Shown: piece by piece, positions 27,173-40,025 of the stretch | Layout of the letters: every line of letters begins with the position of its first letter | How positions within the stretch are numbered: the first letter of the stretch is position 1 | Notes under the pieces: model-generated | The model's database searches: none | Told to the model about the DNA's origin: nothing | The model's input: the letters and a program-made list of their open reading frames with translations, nothing else | Translations under genes and position numbers: made by a program | Source: Pristiophorus japonicus | Taxonomy: Eukaryota | Reading direction: 5' to 3' | Assembly (NCBI RefSeq): GCF_044704955.1 | Contig: NC_092006.1 | Coordinates: 5,146,001-5,210,000, forward strand | Length of the DNA stretch: 64,000 bases

Positions 27173-27529
27173 NNNNNNNNNNNNNNNNNNNNNNNNNNNN
27201 NNNNNNNNNNNNNNNNNNNNNNNNNNNNNNNNNNNNNNNNNNNNNNNNNNNNNNNNNNNNNNNNNNNNNNNNNNNNNNNNNNNNNNNNNNNNNNNNNNNN
27301 NNNNNNNNNNNNNNNNNNNNNNNNNNNNNNNNNNNNNNNNNNNNNNNNNNNNNNNNNNNNNNNNNNNNNNNNNNNNNNNNNNNNNNNNNNNNNNNNNNNN
27401 NNNNNNNNNNNNNNNNNNNNNNNNNNNNNNNNNNNNNNNNNNNNNNNNNNNNNNNNNNNNNNNNNNNNNNNNNNNNNNNNNNNNNNNNNNNNNNNNNNNN
27501 NNNNNNNNNNNNNNNNNNNNNNNNNNNNN
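27173..27529. other. Assembly gap within a GATA/GACA microsatellite (other gaps: 14911-15094, 29812-30150)
   Basis: Runs of N next to simple repeats. Confidence 0.99.
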
Positions 27530-27682
27530 GATACGTGTATAGATAGATAGACCGACAGATTTATGGATAGACAGACAGATAGATGGATAGATACATCGAT
27601 AAATCAATAGATAGACAGATAGACAGATATATTTATGGATAGACAGATAGATAGATCGACAGACAGACACAGACAGACAGAT

Positions 27683-28415
27683 AGAGGAGGTGCAACGAGA
27701 CCTGGGTGTCATGGTACATCAGTCATTGAAAGTTGGCATGCAGCTACAGCAGGTGGTGAAGAAGGCAAATGGCATGTTGGCCTTCATAGCGAGGGGATTT
27801 GAGTATAGGAGCAGGGAGGTCTTACTGCAGTTGTACAGGGCCTTGGTGAGGCCTCACCTGGAATATTGTGTTCAGTTTTGGTCTCCTCATCTGAGGAAGG
27901 ACATTCTTGCTATTGAGGGAATCAGCAAAGGTACACCAGACTGATTCCCGGGATGGCAGGACTGACATATCAAAAAAGGCTGGATCGACTAGGCTTATAT
28001 TCACTGGAATTTAGAAGAATGAGAGGGGATCTCATAGAAACTTATAAAATTCTGACGGGACTGGACAGGTTAGATGCAGGAAGAATGTTCCCAATGTTGG
28101 GGAAGTCCAGAACCAGGGGTCACAGTCTCAGGATAAGGGGTAAGCCATTTAGGACCGAGATGAGGAGAAACTTCTTCACTCAGAGAATTGTGAACCTGTG
28201 GAATTCTCTACCACAGAAAGTTGTTGAGGCCAGTTCGTTGGATATATTCAAGAGGGAGTTAGATGTGGACCTTACGGCTAAAGGGATCAAGGGGTATGGA
28301 GAGAAAGCAGGAATGGGGTACTGAAGTTGAATGATCAGCCATGATCATATTGAATGGTGGTGCAGGCTCGAAGGGCCGAATGGCCTGCTCCTGCACCTAC
28401 TTTCTATGTTTCTAT
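27683..28415 (+). mobile_element. CR1 3' fragment in gene B intron
   Basis: ORFs 27690..27944 and 27953..28324. Confidence 0.88.
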
Positions 28416-28923
28416 ATTTGGACGGACGGATAGATGGTAAACAGACAGATAGTTTACAGATAATACAACACTTGGTAAAGCAGTGGATCAGGATGAGGAT
28501 AATTATAGGCTGCAGGAGAGCACAGACGGGTTGGTGAAATGGCCGTCAGCACGGCCGGTGGGGTTCAAAGCGGGGAAGTGTTAAGTGTTTCAGTTTGGGA
28601 GGGGTAACATGGACAGACAATGTACTGTGAATGGCATCGAGCGAGGACGTGATCCACCGGAAATGGCAGTATATTATTCTCCAATTTGACCCATGGATCG
28701 CCCAGGAATATACCTGCTCTCCCAGCAGGTAGATATGACCTAGCAGGACAGAAGGACCTTATAATTGAGAAAGCTAAACATTGAGAGATCTGGGAGAGGT
28801 AAATCATTGAGATACTTACACACGAATTTGCAGAAAGGAAGAGAATTTGAATGTATAATGTGACAGGGCTAACAATGATCTCTTACATCACCATTGAAGA
28901 TATTAGTGAAGGAGAATAGTTAC

Positions 28924-29226
28924 CGCTCAGCGATGAGATGCTTTCACTGATGAAATTGCCGGTGGAATTGACCGGAACGGCGCAAGTGCAGACAGCGCCA
29001 CTCCGCCATGTTTCCGCCGAGACGCTGAGGTGACTCCCGACCGTGAGCGTCCCGTCCGGCTCGGTGGTCCCGGAGTCGCTCTGTCCCTCGGCGAGCCGTC
29101 CCGAAACATTCCAGCGGACGGGAAGGGAATCGGGAGTCAGGCTTCTGACCAGACACAGCAGCGGGACCCTCGCCAGCGAGGGAATTTCGTCCTGCGGCGG
29201 AGTTAAGAGCTGTATTTCCGGAGACC
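28924..29226 (-). CDS. Gene B C1 exon (intact)
   Basis: GSPEIQLLTPP...VPLLCLVRS...VRWNVSG...PDGTLTVGSHLSVSAETWRSGAVCTCAV; GT-AG bounded; 77-bp V-C intron. Confidence 0.9.
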
Positions 29227-29303
29227 CTGCCGAATTTGGGGAGGATTAATATTCGACGGAAATCGCTCGTTATTTACAACGAAATTTGTAAACGAATTCT
29301 TAC

Positions 29304-29642
29304 CTGTAATGAGCAATTTCGAGCCGTTTCCGAATATAAGGTGCAATGGACTAGATTTCTTAGCTGTGCAGTAATACACCCCTGAATCGTTCCCCTGGAC
29401 CTCGTTCACAATCAGAGAGTAAATATTGAATTTGTCGTCAATTTGTCCGGAAAATCTCCCTTCAGGAAGATTGTAGTCGCTCACGGTGTAAACTTTCTGC
29501 AGAGGTCCTCGGTTCTGCTGCTTATACCACTGCACAGCTCGAGTCAGCAACTGACCAGCGTGACAATCCGCCTTGAAGGTACTGCCAACCGAGAGAGTCT
29601 GGACCGACGGACTCTGGGCGAAATAGTCCTGGGAGGCAATAA
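29304..29642 (-). CDS. Gene B V-J exon (intact)
   Basis: VIASQDYFAQSP...ADC...VQWYKQQ...GRFSGQ...DSGVYYCTAKKSSPLHLIFGNGSKLLIT; canonical FGxG J motif. Confidence 0.92.
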
Positions 29643-30875
29643 CTGAGAGAAGAACATGGTCACCACGGGGTCTGTTACAACAGGAATAAACACCGCTTCA
29701 GATCAAGAAACCCACACAGCAGTGAACGGTGAGAGAGGCGCTCGTGTTCAAGGAGCCTCATTTCTAATTGAGTTCAATGCTGAGGGTTAACATTGAGCCA
29801 ATAACAGGAGGNNNNNNNNNNNNNNNNNNNNNNNNNNNNNNNNNNNNNNNNNNNNNNNNNNNNNNNNNNNNNNNNNNNNNNNNNNNNNNNNNNNNNNNNN
29901 NNNNNNNNNNNNNNNNNNNNNNNNNNNNNNNNNNNNNNNNNNNNNNNNNNNNNNNNNNNNNNNNNNNNNNNNNNNNNNNNNNNNNNNNNNNNNNNNNNNN
30001 NNNNNNNNNNNNNNNNNNNNNNNNNNNNNNNNNNNNNNNNNNNNNNNNNNNNNNNNNNNNNNNNNNNNNNNNNNNNNNNNNNNNNNNNNNNNNNNNNNNN
30101 NNNNNNNNNNNNNNNNNNNNNNNNNNNNNNNNNNNNNNNNNNNNNNNNNNGAGAAACAGATAGAGAAAAAGAAAGAAAGAGAGAGAGAAAGAAAGATAAA
30201 GAGATAGAGAGAGGGAAAGAAAGAGTTGGATTTATATAACGCCTTTCGCAACCACTGGACTCAAAGTGCTTTACAGCCAATGAAGTACTTTTTGAAGTGT
30301 AGTCACTGTTGTAATGTGGGAAACACGGCGCACAGCAAGCTCCCACAAATAGCAATGTGTTAATGACCCAGATCATCTGTTTTCGAGATGCTGATTGAGG
30401 GATAAATATTGGCCCCAGGACACCGGGGAGAACTCCCCTGCTCTTCTTCGAAATAGTGGCCGTGGGATCTTTTACGTCCGCCCGAGAGAGCAGACGGGGC
30501 CTCGGTTTAACGTCTCAGGCAATAGATGCAGAATATTGACATTGTGTCTATTTCCCACCAGCCTGAGATATTGCAAGATGCTAATATCAGCGAACGCAGC
30601 GCGCAATCTCCGACTCGGCTGACGAGCTCGCTGATCTTACGCCGCAGTTCCGCCATGGATTACCAGCAAATTCGACTGACCTGGAAAGAGAAGGGCGAGC
30701 ACGCAGGGAGCTAAGCGATGCATTGTCTGCGACCTGAGGCGTTTGCTGTCCAACTCCACACTGACGCTTTGCCGGGAGGTCTTTGCGCCCGCAAGCGACG
30801 TGAAATGCACACAGCTTGCAGAACGTGCGTTTAAAAATAGCGGTCTGGAAAATCCAGCCCGGTGCAAAAGCTGGC

Positions 30876-30890
30876 TGCGGGTTTCCTGTT
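30876..30890 (-). promoter_or_regulatory. Conserved proximal-promoter motif AACAGGAAACCCGCA, gene B
   Basis: ~155 bp upstream of the ATG; matches the C and D motif at 14 of 15 positions. Confidence 0.5.
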
Positions 30891-31274
30891 GACACACGAG
30901 GCGCCCACGCACAGATGTGCCTGCAAAGGGCAATGTGTTACAGCTGGTCTGAAGGGTGCTGTGCAGTCGAGACCCATTAAACCGTGAACTAACGCCAGGC
31001 GGTGCAGAATTCCACACACCGTGTACCGCTTGTGCAATTCGAGTGGCCGCGGGGGAATTATCCCGTTTCCGAGTGTTGCGATCGATTGGTCCAGAATGCA
31101 TTCATTGATACACCCTTACTCGTACCAACAAAAAATGGATCACATTCTGCCCAGAGAATGCCCTTCAAATTCTTACACTGGTAAAAAAGCAGGCACAAGG
31201 CCTCTTTTTTTTTTACCAGCGTAAGAGTTTAAAGCAACAGGAAAATAAAATATTATCACCTATTAGCTGTAGGC

Positions 31275-31752
31275 TGCAGGACAATAGAACTGACCACACT
31301 CGATCAGCTCTACTGGGCAGGCCACATAGTTCGCATGCCAGACACGAGACTCCCAAAGCAAATGCTCTATGCGGAGCTCCGTCATGGTAATCGAGCCAAA
31401 GGTGGGCAGAGGAAACGTTACAAGGACCACCCTCAAAGCCTCCCTGGTAAAGTGCGACATCACCACCGACACCTGGGAGACCCTGGCCGCAGACCGCCCG
31501 AGGTAGAGAACGTCCATCCGGGAGGGCGTTGAGCCCTTCGAGTCTCGACGCAAAGAGCGTGAAGAGGTCAGGCACAGGCAGCGGAAGGAGCGCGCGGCAA
31601 ACCAGCCCCACCCACCCCTTCCCCCGCCGAATGTCTGTCCCACCTGTGACAGGGTCTGTGACTCTCGTATCGGACCGTTCAGCCACCAGAGAACTCACTT
31701 TGGGAGTGGAGGCAAGTCTTCCCCGATTCCGAGGGACTGCCTGTGATGATGA
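31275..31752 (+). mobile_element. RTE-clade LINE 3' fragment
   Basis: WAGHIVRMPDTRLPKQMLYAEL..G.RAKGGQRKRYKD motif; (GAT)n tail; second copy at ~49905-50205. Confidence 0.75.
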
Positions 31753-31759
31753 TAATACG

Positions 31760-32605
31760 ATCAATGAACTGGTCAGGTGGGCAGAACAGCGGCAAATGGA
31801 ATTCAATCCAGAGAAGTGTGAGGTAATGCATTTGGGGAGGGCTAACAAGGCAAGGGAATACATTGAATGGTCAGACACTGAGAAGTGTAGAGGAACAGAG
31901 GGACCTTGGAGTGCAGGTCCACAGATCCCTGAAGGTAGCAGGCCAGGTGGATAAGGTGGTTAAGAAGGCATACGGAATACCTGCCTTTATTAGCCGAGGC
32001 ATGGAATACAAGAGCAGGGAGGTTATGCTTGAACTGTATAAAACACTGGTTAGGCCACAGCTGGAGTACTGCGTGCAGTTCTGGTCAGGAAAGATGTGAT
32101 TGCACTGGAGAGGGGGCAGAGGAGATTTACCAGGATGTTGCCGGGACTGGAGAACTTTAGCGATGAGGAAAGATTGGATAGGCTGGGGTTGTTTTCTTTG
32201 GAACAAAGGAGGCTGAGGGGAGAGCTTATTGAGGTGTCTAAAATTACGAGGGGCCTGGATAGAGTGGATAGGATGGACCTGTTTCCCTTGGCAGAGGGGT
32301 CAACAACCAGGGGGCACAGATTTAAAGTAATTGGGGGGAGGTTTAGAGGAGATTTGAGGGGAAATTTCTTCACCCAGAGGGCGGTGGGGGTCTGGGGCGG
32401 AACTCACTGCCTGAAAGGGTGGTAGAGGCAGAAACCCTCACCACATTTAACAAGTACCTGGATGTGCGCTTGAAGTGCCGTAACCTACAGGGCTATGGAC
32501 CGAGAGCGGGAAAGTGGGATTAGGCCGGGTAGCTCTTGGTCGGCCGGCGCGGACACGATGGGCTGAAACGGCCTCCTTCCGTGCCGTAAATGTCTATGAT
32601 TCTAC
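31760..32605 (+). mobile_element. CR1 3' fragment
   Basis: QMEFNPEKCEVMHLGR...RDLGVQV...[18 protein letters not shown]. Confidence 0.88.
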
Positions 32606-33185
32606 GATTCGTACTTATGCCAACATAAATAGCCCACATTCTGCCCGGCGTATGCCCATGAAATTCTGACGCTGGCCAAAGCAGGAGCAAGTGGGTAGCA
32701 CTCTCGTCTCAGAGTCAGAAGGTTGTGGGTTCAAGTCCCACTTCAGAGATTGAGCATACAACCCAGGGATGGAATACTTCTCGACCTGGAGTCCAGCTTG
32801 GTGCTGTCTATAATCCACATTTTTCCATTTCCTGGATTATCCAGCTAACCAATTACTCACATGAACGTTCCTTTCTACGTAAGTAAGAATAACATGCAGC
32901 ACAGCTCAATGCAAAATCCAACGTGCATGTTTTGGTAAACTGATAAAACCTTATATCTGAATAACATTTTAAAAATAGCAAGTTATGCCAGTAAACAGCA
33001 ATAAGAGTGTATACCCGGCTATAATCCACAAACCCCCGCATTCAAAGTACATAATGAAGTGAAAACAATATGTATTTTCTCACTCTGACATTGCAATGAC
33101 TCAGTAACGATTTCCCAGTCAATTGGTCTTGCAACAGAGCACTGACACAATTTAATGGAGCTGAACTTCGATCTGAATGGGGTCG

Positions 33186-33204
33186 CCTAGCGCCCCCTGG
33201 AGGC
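33186..33204 (-). promoter_or_regulatory. CTCF-binding motif between gene C 3' end and gene B promoter
   Basis: Minus strand GCCTCCAGGGGGCGCTAGG, close to the CTCF core CCASYAGRKGGCRS; located in unique sequence. Confidence 0.6.
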
Positions 33205-33359
33205 AACATGTGATAAGGGCCTGTGTCTGTTAGCGTTTCTCTGTTTCCCCTCCCCCCCCGCACCTTAGCGGCTGCTTTGCCCGCTTCAGAGCTGAGGTCA
33301 CGAAGCAGAGTGAGGACCGTATCCTTCCTGTGACGTCCCAGATATAAGATCATGACATC

Positions 33360-36300
33360 AGAACATAAGACACAGGAGCAGGAGTCGGCCATTTGGCCCC
33401 TTGAGCCTGCTCCGCCATTCAATACGATCACGGCTGATCTTCGACCTCAGCCCCACTTTCCTGCACTGTCTCCTTGATTCCCTTAATATTCCAATATCTG
33501 TCTTGAATATACTCAACGACTGAGCCTCCACAGCCCTCTGGGGCAGAGAACTCCAAAGATTCGCCACCCTCTGAGTGAAGAAATTCCTCCTCATCTCAGT
33601 CCTGAAGTTTCTCCTGAATTCCCCCTTGGATTGCTTGGTGACCATCTGATATTGATGGCCTCTAGTTATGCGCTTCTGGCATAGGTGGATACACTCTGTT
33701 TGTGTCTACTCGATCAAAACCTTTCATAATTTTAAAGACCTCGTCTGTGCTGTAAGGTGATTCTAATAGCAGGTAAATTCTGCCAGAATTTTGCTGAAGA
33801 TATCACTGCACTGCATTATTGAAAAGCGCAATTTGAATTTAAAATAATCCACTTTTAATAGTAAATGTGACAGGGTTCATTCCCAGGATACAACCAGAGA
33901 ACGCCCTGGATCCACTTACACACCAGCTTTGCCAACAATGCCCCGGAGTCAGTGCCTGAGCTATCCTGTGGGTCCTTGGTTTCACTGACACACCGCACAC
34001 ATTTGTTCTTTCAATCTGTGCTGTAAATCGGCCGCAGAGATATTCTGAGCGCATCTGGACCGAGCGATCAAAGAGCAGGATTCACATCCACAACGCTGGG
34101 GTTTCAAAACCAGTTTAATTTATCTGTAAACATTACATATGAATTATATCACGTGCTGTATAAAGATGTACACAGCACGGAAACCACAAATACAAGAATT
34201 TGGCATTACAATACTTGAAATTAGTTGAGTATATTCAAGACGGAGAGCGATAGAGGAGCAGGAGTTGGCCATTCGGCCCCTCGAGCCTGCTCCGCCATTT
34301 AATACCATCATGGCCGCTCTGATCATGGACTCAGCTCCCCTTCCCCGCCTGTTCCCCATAACCCTTTACTCTCTTATCGCTCAAAAATCTGTTTATCTCT
34401 GTCTTAAATATATTCAATGTCCCGGCTTCCACAGCTCTCTGAGGCAGCGAATTCCACAGATTTACAACCCTCTGTGAGAAGAAATTCCTCCTCATCTCAG
34501 TTTTAAGTGGGTGGCCCCTTATTCTGAGACTATGCCCCCTAGTTTTAGCTTCGCTTATGAGTGGAAACATCCTCTCTGCATCCACCTTGTCGAGCCCCCT
34601 CATTATCTTATATGTTTCCATTAGATCACCTCTCATTCTTTTGAACTCCAATGGGTAGAGGCCCAACCTACTCAACCTTTCCTCATAAGTCAACCCCCTC
34701 CGGAATCAACCGAGTGAACCTTCTCTGAACACCCTCCAATGCAAGTATATCCTTCCTTAAATACGGAGACCAAAACTGCACGCTGTACTCCAGGTGTGGC
34801 CTCACCAATACCCTGTACAGTTGTAGCAGGAATTCTCTGCTTTTATACTCCATCCCCCTTGCAATAAAGGCCAACATTCCATTCCAGTTGAGATCGAAGA
34901 TCGGCCATGATCTTATTGAATGGCGGAGCAGGCTCGAGGAGCCGAATGGCCTCCTCCTGCTCCTAATTCGTATATTCTAAAATAGAGATTAAACTGAACA
35001 GTAACCGACATATCATCGTAAGAACAGTGGCCCAACACAACACTATGTAAGAGACCATTTCAATGGTAGAGTTTTCGATTGGACCCAATTGGGAAATCGC
35101 GCCCAAACTATGTTTGAAATTGCACCGACTGTCCGGCAAAACAGAGGAAGCTTTGCACACCATATCATCTTTCCTTTCCCATCAGAGTGTTGGCTCCGTG
35201 TTAAATGCCAGCTGGGCATAAAGAGTCTGTGAGAGAAAACAGAAACAATTACCACGGCCCACATCTTCAGCGTCGGAACAGTGGGACAGGAGAGGGCCAT
35301 TCAGCCCCTCGAGCCTGTTCCCCCATTCAGTTTGATCATGGCTAATGTGTATCTGAACTCCATCCGCCCGCTTTAAATACCCTCGCCCAACACCAATCTT
35401 TCATCGCAGTTTTGAACATTTCAATTGACCCTCAGCCTCAACAACTTTATGAGGGAGAGAGTTCCAGGTTCCCGCGGCCCTTTGTCTGAAGATGTGTTTC
35501 CTGACATCACCCCTGAACGGCAGGGCTCGAATTTTAAGGTCAAGCCCCCTTGTTCTGGACTCCCCAGACTCTCTCAAATTCTCTAATCATCTTAAATATC
35601 TCGATTACATCACCCTGTAATCTACACTCGAGGGAAAACAAGGCCAGTCTAAGAACATAAGAACATAAGATTTAGGAGCAGGAGTCAGCCATTCGGGCCC
35701 CTCGAGCTTGCTCCGCCATTCAATGAGATCACGGCTGACCTTCGACCTCAACTCCACTTTCCTGCCCCATCTCCATATCCCTTGTTCCCCTCGATTCCGA
35801 AAATCTCTCGATCTCAGCCTTGAATATACTCAACGACTGAGTCTCCACAGCCCTCTGGGGCAGAGAATTCCAAAGATTCACCACCCTCTGAGTGAAGAAA
35901 TTCCTCCTCATCTCAGTCCTAAATGGCCAAGCCCTTATCCTGAGACTGTGTGACCCCTGGTTCTAGACTCCCCAGCCCTGATATGATTCAATGAGATCAC
36001 ATCTCATTCTTGTAAACTCCAGAGAGTATAGGCCCAGTCTACTCAACAGGTATATGCAACCTGTCCCATAATATAACCCTTTTAGCATGTTGGGACATTT
36101 TATTGGTTGTTGATAGCTCAGGTATAATTGTAGTGAATCGGCAATCCTGTGGGTATTTATAATTACTGACTGAAAATATCCAAATATAGATATTTGAATT
36201 TACTTTCAAATAAAAGGTGAATTTGTTTATTCGTTCCTGGGATGTGGGCGTGGCTGGCAAGGCCGGCATTTATTGCCCATCCCTAATTGCCCCTTGAGAA

Positions 36301-39300
36301 GGTGGTGGTGAGCCGCCTTCTTGAACCACAGAGGGTGGTTAAGCACCATTCAAATCGCTGTGGGTTTGGAGTCACGTATCAGCCAGACTGGGTAAGGGGC
36401 AGTAGATTTCTGTGATTTCCTTCCCTGAAACATAGAAACATAGAAACATAGAAAATAGGTGCAGGAGTAGGCCATTCGGCCCTTCGAGCCTGCACCACCA
36501 TTCAATATGATCATGGCTGATCATGCAACTTCAGTACCCCTTTCCTGCTTTTTCTCCATACCCCTTGATCCCTTTAGCCATAAGGGCCACATCTAACTCC
36601 CTTTTGAATATATCCAACGAACTGGCCTCAACATCTTTCTGTGGTAGAGAATTCCACAGGTTCACAATTCTCTGAGTGAAGAAGTTTCTCCTCATCTCGG
36701 TCCTAAATGGCTTACCCCTTATCCTTCGACTGTGACCCCTGGTTCTGGACTTCCCCAACATTGGGAACATTCTTCCTGCATCTAGCCTGTCCAATCCCGT
36801 CAGAATTTTATATGTTTCTATGAGATTCCCCTCTCATTCTTCTAAATTCCACTGAATATAAGCCTAGTCGATCCAGTCTTTCTTCATATGTCAATCCTGC
36901 CATCCCGGGAACCAGTCTGGTGAACCTTTGCTGCACTCCCTCAATGTCCTTCCTCAGGTTAGGAGACCAAAACTGAACACAATATTCCAGGTGTGGCCTC
37001 ACCGAGGCCCTGTAGGAGGGCGACGGCTACGAAGCCAGGTCGCTGGTTGCAGTGTGGGCAGGCACAGCAGGAGGGGCGGCGGAGCGGCAAGAGTCCATAG
37101 AGGGAAGTGACCAAGGACCAAGAGATGCATGAATCTGGGGCCCAGAAGCAGCACGGGCCCAGCCCACACTGTGCGATATGTGTGCACTAGGCCCATGCAG
37201 CAGAGCTGGTCTCCAGTCGTCCTGGTTAACCCTTGCCCCTGGGACCAAGACCTCGCTCTGTCAAGCCCGTGTGGTGGCTGGTGTGCAACGGCCACCCCAC
37301 GTTAAAAAAATCCACCCACAGGCATCTTCCACCCTTCAGGACGTAGTTCGGGATCTAGAATTTTAAGTCCTTTATTGAAACACTGTGAACTCATCCCTTT
37401 TTGGCATGGAATCAAGCCATACTCACTTCGAGGGACTGCCTATAATGATGATACCACTGCAGTAAGACCTCCCTGTTCCTATACTCAAATCCCCTATACT
37501 GTCCTATACTCAAAGACATTAGTGACACCAGCTGGGGTTTTACAATCTGGTAGTTTCATGGTCACCGTTACTTTTTAATTCCACATTTATTTGATTAATT
37601 GAATTTAAACTTCTCACCTACCATGGTGGGATTAGAATTCGGGTCCCCGGGATTAATAGTCCAGGCGCCTGGATTACTAGCCCGCTGACATAACCACTAT
37701 GCTACCATTCTGTCGTGTTAAGCGAAGACAGCTCTTTTCCTATCTACCGCCTGGAACAGCGAACCACCCTGCAAGCGGATAAATTGGGAGTGCGGAGGAG
37801 TTTGAAGCACCTTGCGACCATCCCTACCTGACTGCCGCTCCGGACAGCCGCCACAGACACCATCAGGAACAGGAGAAGCGTCGCCAACAAATTCAGGACC
37901 AACCGCAATCCGCAGGCGCTCTGTGACGGAGACACTGTAAGAAAAGAGCTTTTTTTAAGAAAAAGGACGTTTCTGCTAAGAGTTAAACAAGTGCAGTCAC
38001 CGAGCAAATCTGCTTGTGGAATTTCACACAAAACATTTTGCATAGTTCCCCAGCGAGCAGATATCTGAGAGCCCGCTGCTTACCGATAACTTTGCAATTA
38101 ACAAGGACTGCGATGTTGCGATAGACAGGCAGACACCTGAGAGATAGACAGATGAGAACACAAGAAATAGGAGCAGGAGTCAGCCATTTGGCTCCACAGC
38201 TGGTCTGGTCTCGGGCTCAGCTCTACTTCCCTGTCTGATAGATAGACAGATAGAGATAGAGAGAGAGATAGAGAGATAGAGATATATATATATATAGAGA
38301 GAGCGAGAAAGAGAGATAGAGATTTAGAGATAGAGAGATAGATAGAGAGATAGATAGAGAGATAGATAGAGAGAGAGATAGATAGTGAGATAGATCGATT
38401 GGATAGGCTGGGTTGTTTTCTTTGGAACAGAGGAGACTGAGGGGCGACCTTATTGAGGTGTATAAAATTATGAGGGGCCTGGATAGAGTGGATAGGACAG
38501 ACCTGTTTCCCTTGGCAGAGGGGTCAACAACCAGGGGCACAGATTGAAAGTAATTGGGAGGAGGTTTAGAGGGGATTTGAGGGGAAATGTCTTCACCCAG
38601 AGGGTGGTGGGGGTCTGGGGTGGAACTCACTGCCTGAAAGGGTGGTAGAGGCAGAAACCCTCACCACATTTAAAAAGCACCTGGATGTGCACTTGAAGTG
38701 CCGTAACCTACAGGGCTACGGACTGAGAGCTGGAAAGTGGGATTAGGCTGGGTCGCTCTTTGTCAGCCGGTGCGGACACGATGGGCCGAAATGGCCTCCT
38801 TCCGTGCTGTAAATTTCTATGATTCTAGGATAGACATCGTGATAGAACATAGCACAGTGGAAATGTAATCACATTTTTTGACTTTTAAGCAGGGAGGTAC
38901 CTTACTCCGAACATTTATTCCCTAGCTAGACAGATAGACTTCAAAATTCAGCAAGGTGGACACTGAAACATTGAGAGATATGTGATAGGGAGATCGTGGT
39001 ATAATTATACACGGAGACGCAGAAAAGGACGTAAGAATATAAGAACATAAGAAATAGGAACAGGAGTCGGCCATTCGGCCCCTCGAGCCTGCTCCGCCAT
39101 TCAATACGATCCTGGCTGATCCGATCATGGACTCAGCTCCACTTCCCCGCCCACTCCCCATAACCCTTCACTTCCTTATCGCTCAAAAATCTGTCTATCT
39201 CCACCTTAAATATATTCAATGTCCCAGCCTCCACAGCTCTCTGGGGCCGAGAATTCCACAGATTTACAACCCTCTGAGAGAAGAAATTCCTCCTCATCTC

Positions 39301-40025
39301 AGTTTTAAATGGGCGGCCCCTTATTCTGAGACTATGCCCCCTAGTTCTAGTATCCCCCATCAGTGGAAACATCCTCTCTGCATCCACCTTGTCGAGCCCC
39401 CTCATTATCTTATACGTTTCGATAAGATCACCTCTCATTCTTCTGAAATCCAATGAGTAGAGACCCAACCTGCTCAACCTTACCTAAGAAGTCAACCCCC
39501 TCATCTCCGGAATCAACCAAGTGAACCTTCTCTGAACTGCCTCCAGTGCAAGTATATCCTTCCTTAAATACGGAGACCAAAACTGCACGCAGTACTCCAG
39601 GTGTGGCCTCACCAATACCCTCTCCAGTTGTAGCAGGCCTTCTCTGCTTTTATACTCTATCCCCCTTGCAATAAAGGCCAAGATTCCATTCCAGTTGAGG
39701 TCGAAGATTGGCCGTGATCTTATTGAATGGCAGAGCAGGCTCGAGGGGCCAAATGGCCTCCTCCTGCTCCTAATTCGTATATTCTAAAATAGAGGTTAGA
39801 CTGAACAGTAACCGACATATCGTAGAGGGTTGTTGAGGCCAGTCTGTTAGATATATTAAAGAGGAAGCTAGATATGGCCCTTACAGCTAAAGGGATCAAG
39901 GGGTATGGAGAGAAAGCAGGAATGGGGTACTGAGGTGAATGATCAGCCATGATCATATTGAATGGTGGTGCAGGCTCGAAGGGCCGAATGGCCGACTCCT
40001 GCACATATTTTCTATGTTTCTATGT
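33360..40025. mobile_element. CR1 fragments in and around the 3' half of gene C
   Basis: ~33360-33605, 34250-34885, 35650-36050, 36428-37013, 39040-39690 (all -); 38395-38825, 39825-40025 (+). Confidence 0.8.

Larger units (their letters stand above)
22863..30723 (-). pseudogene. Gene B: VJ-C1 receptor paralog with premature TAG in TM exon (pseudogene, soluble form, or base error)
   Basis: Minus-strand exons 30681-30723 (MHRLAPCVLALLFP), 29304-29642 (V-J), 28924-29226 (C1), 26894-27010 (TM; TAG at 26961-26963), 25461-25519, 22863-22940 (TLYAQLAF...*). Leader, V, TM and cytoplasmic exon sizes (43/339/117/59) equal gene D's. Confidence 0.82.

Noticed and set aside
28880-28923. Read-through of the C1 donor as an Ig-like secretory tailpiece
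   Set aside because: Read-through peptides differ in frame, length and sequence among A-D; no supporting conservation
37748-37768. Possible 21-nt cytoplasmic mini-exon of gene C
   Set aside because: Would need a 59-bp intron and a weak donor, with no similarity to B or D exons
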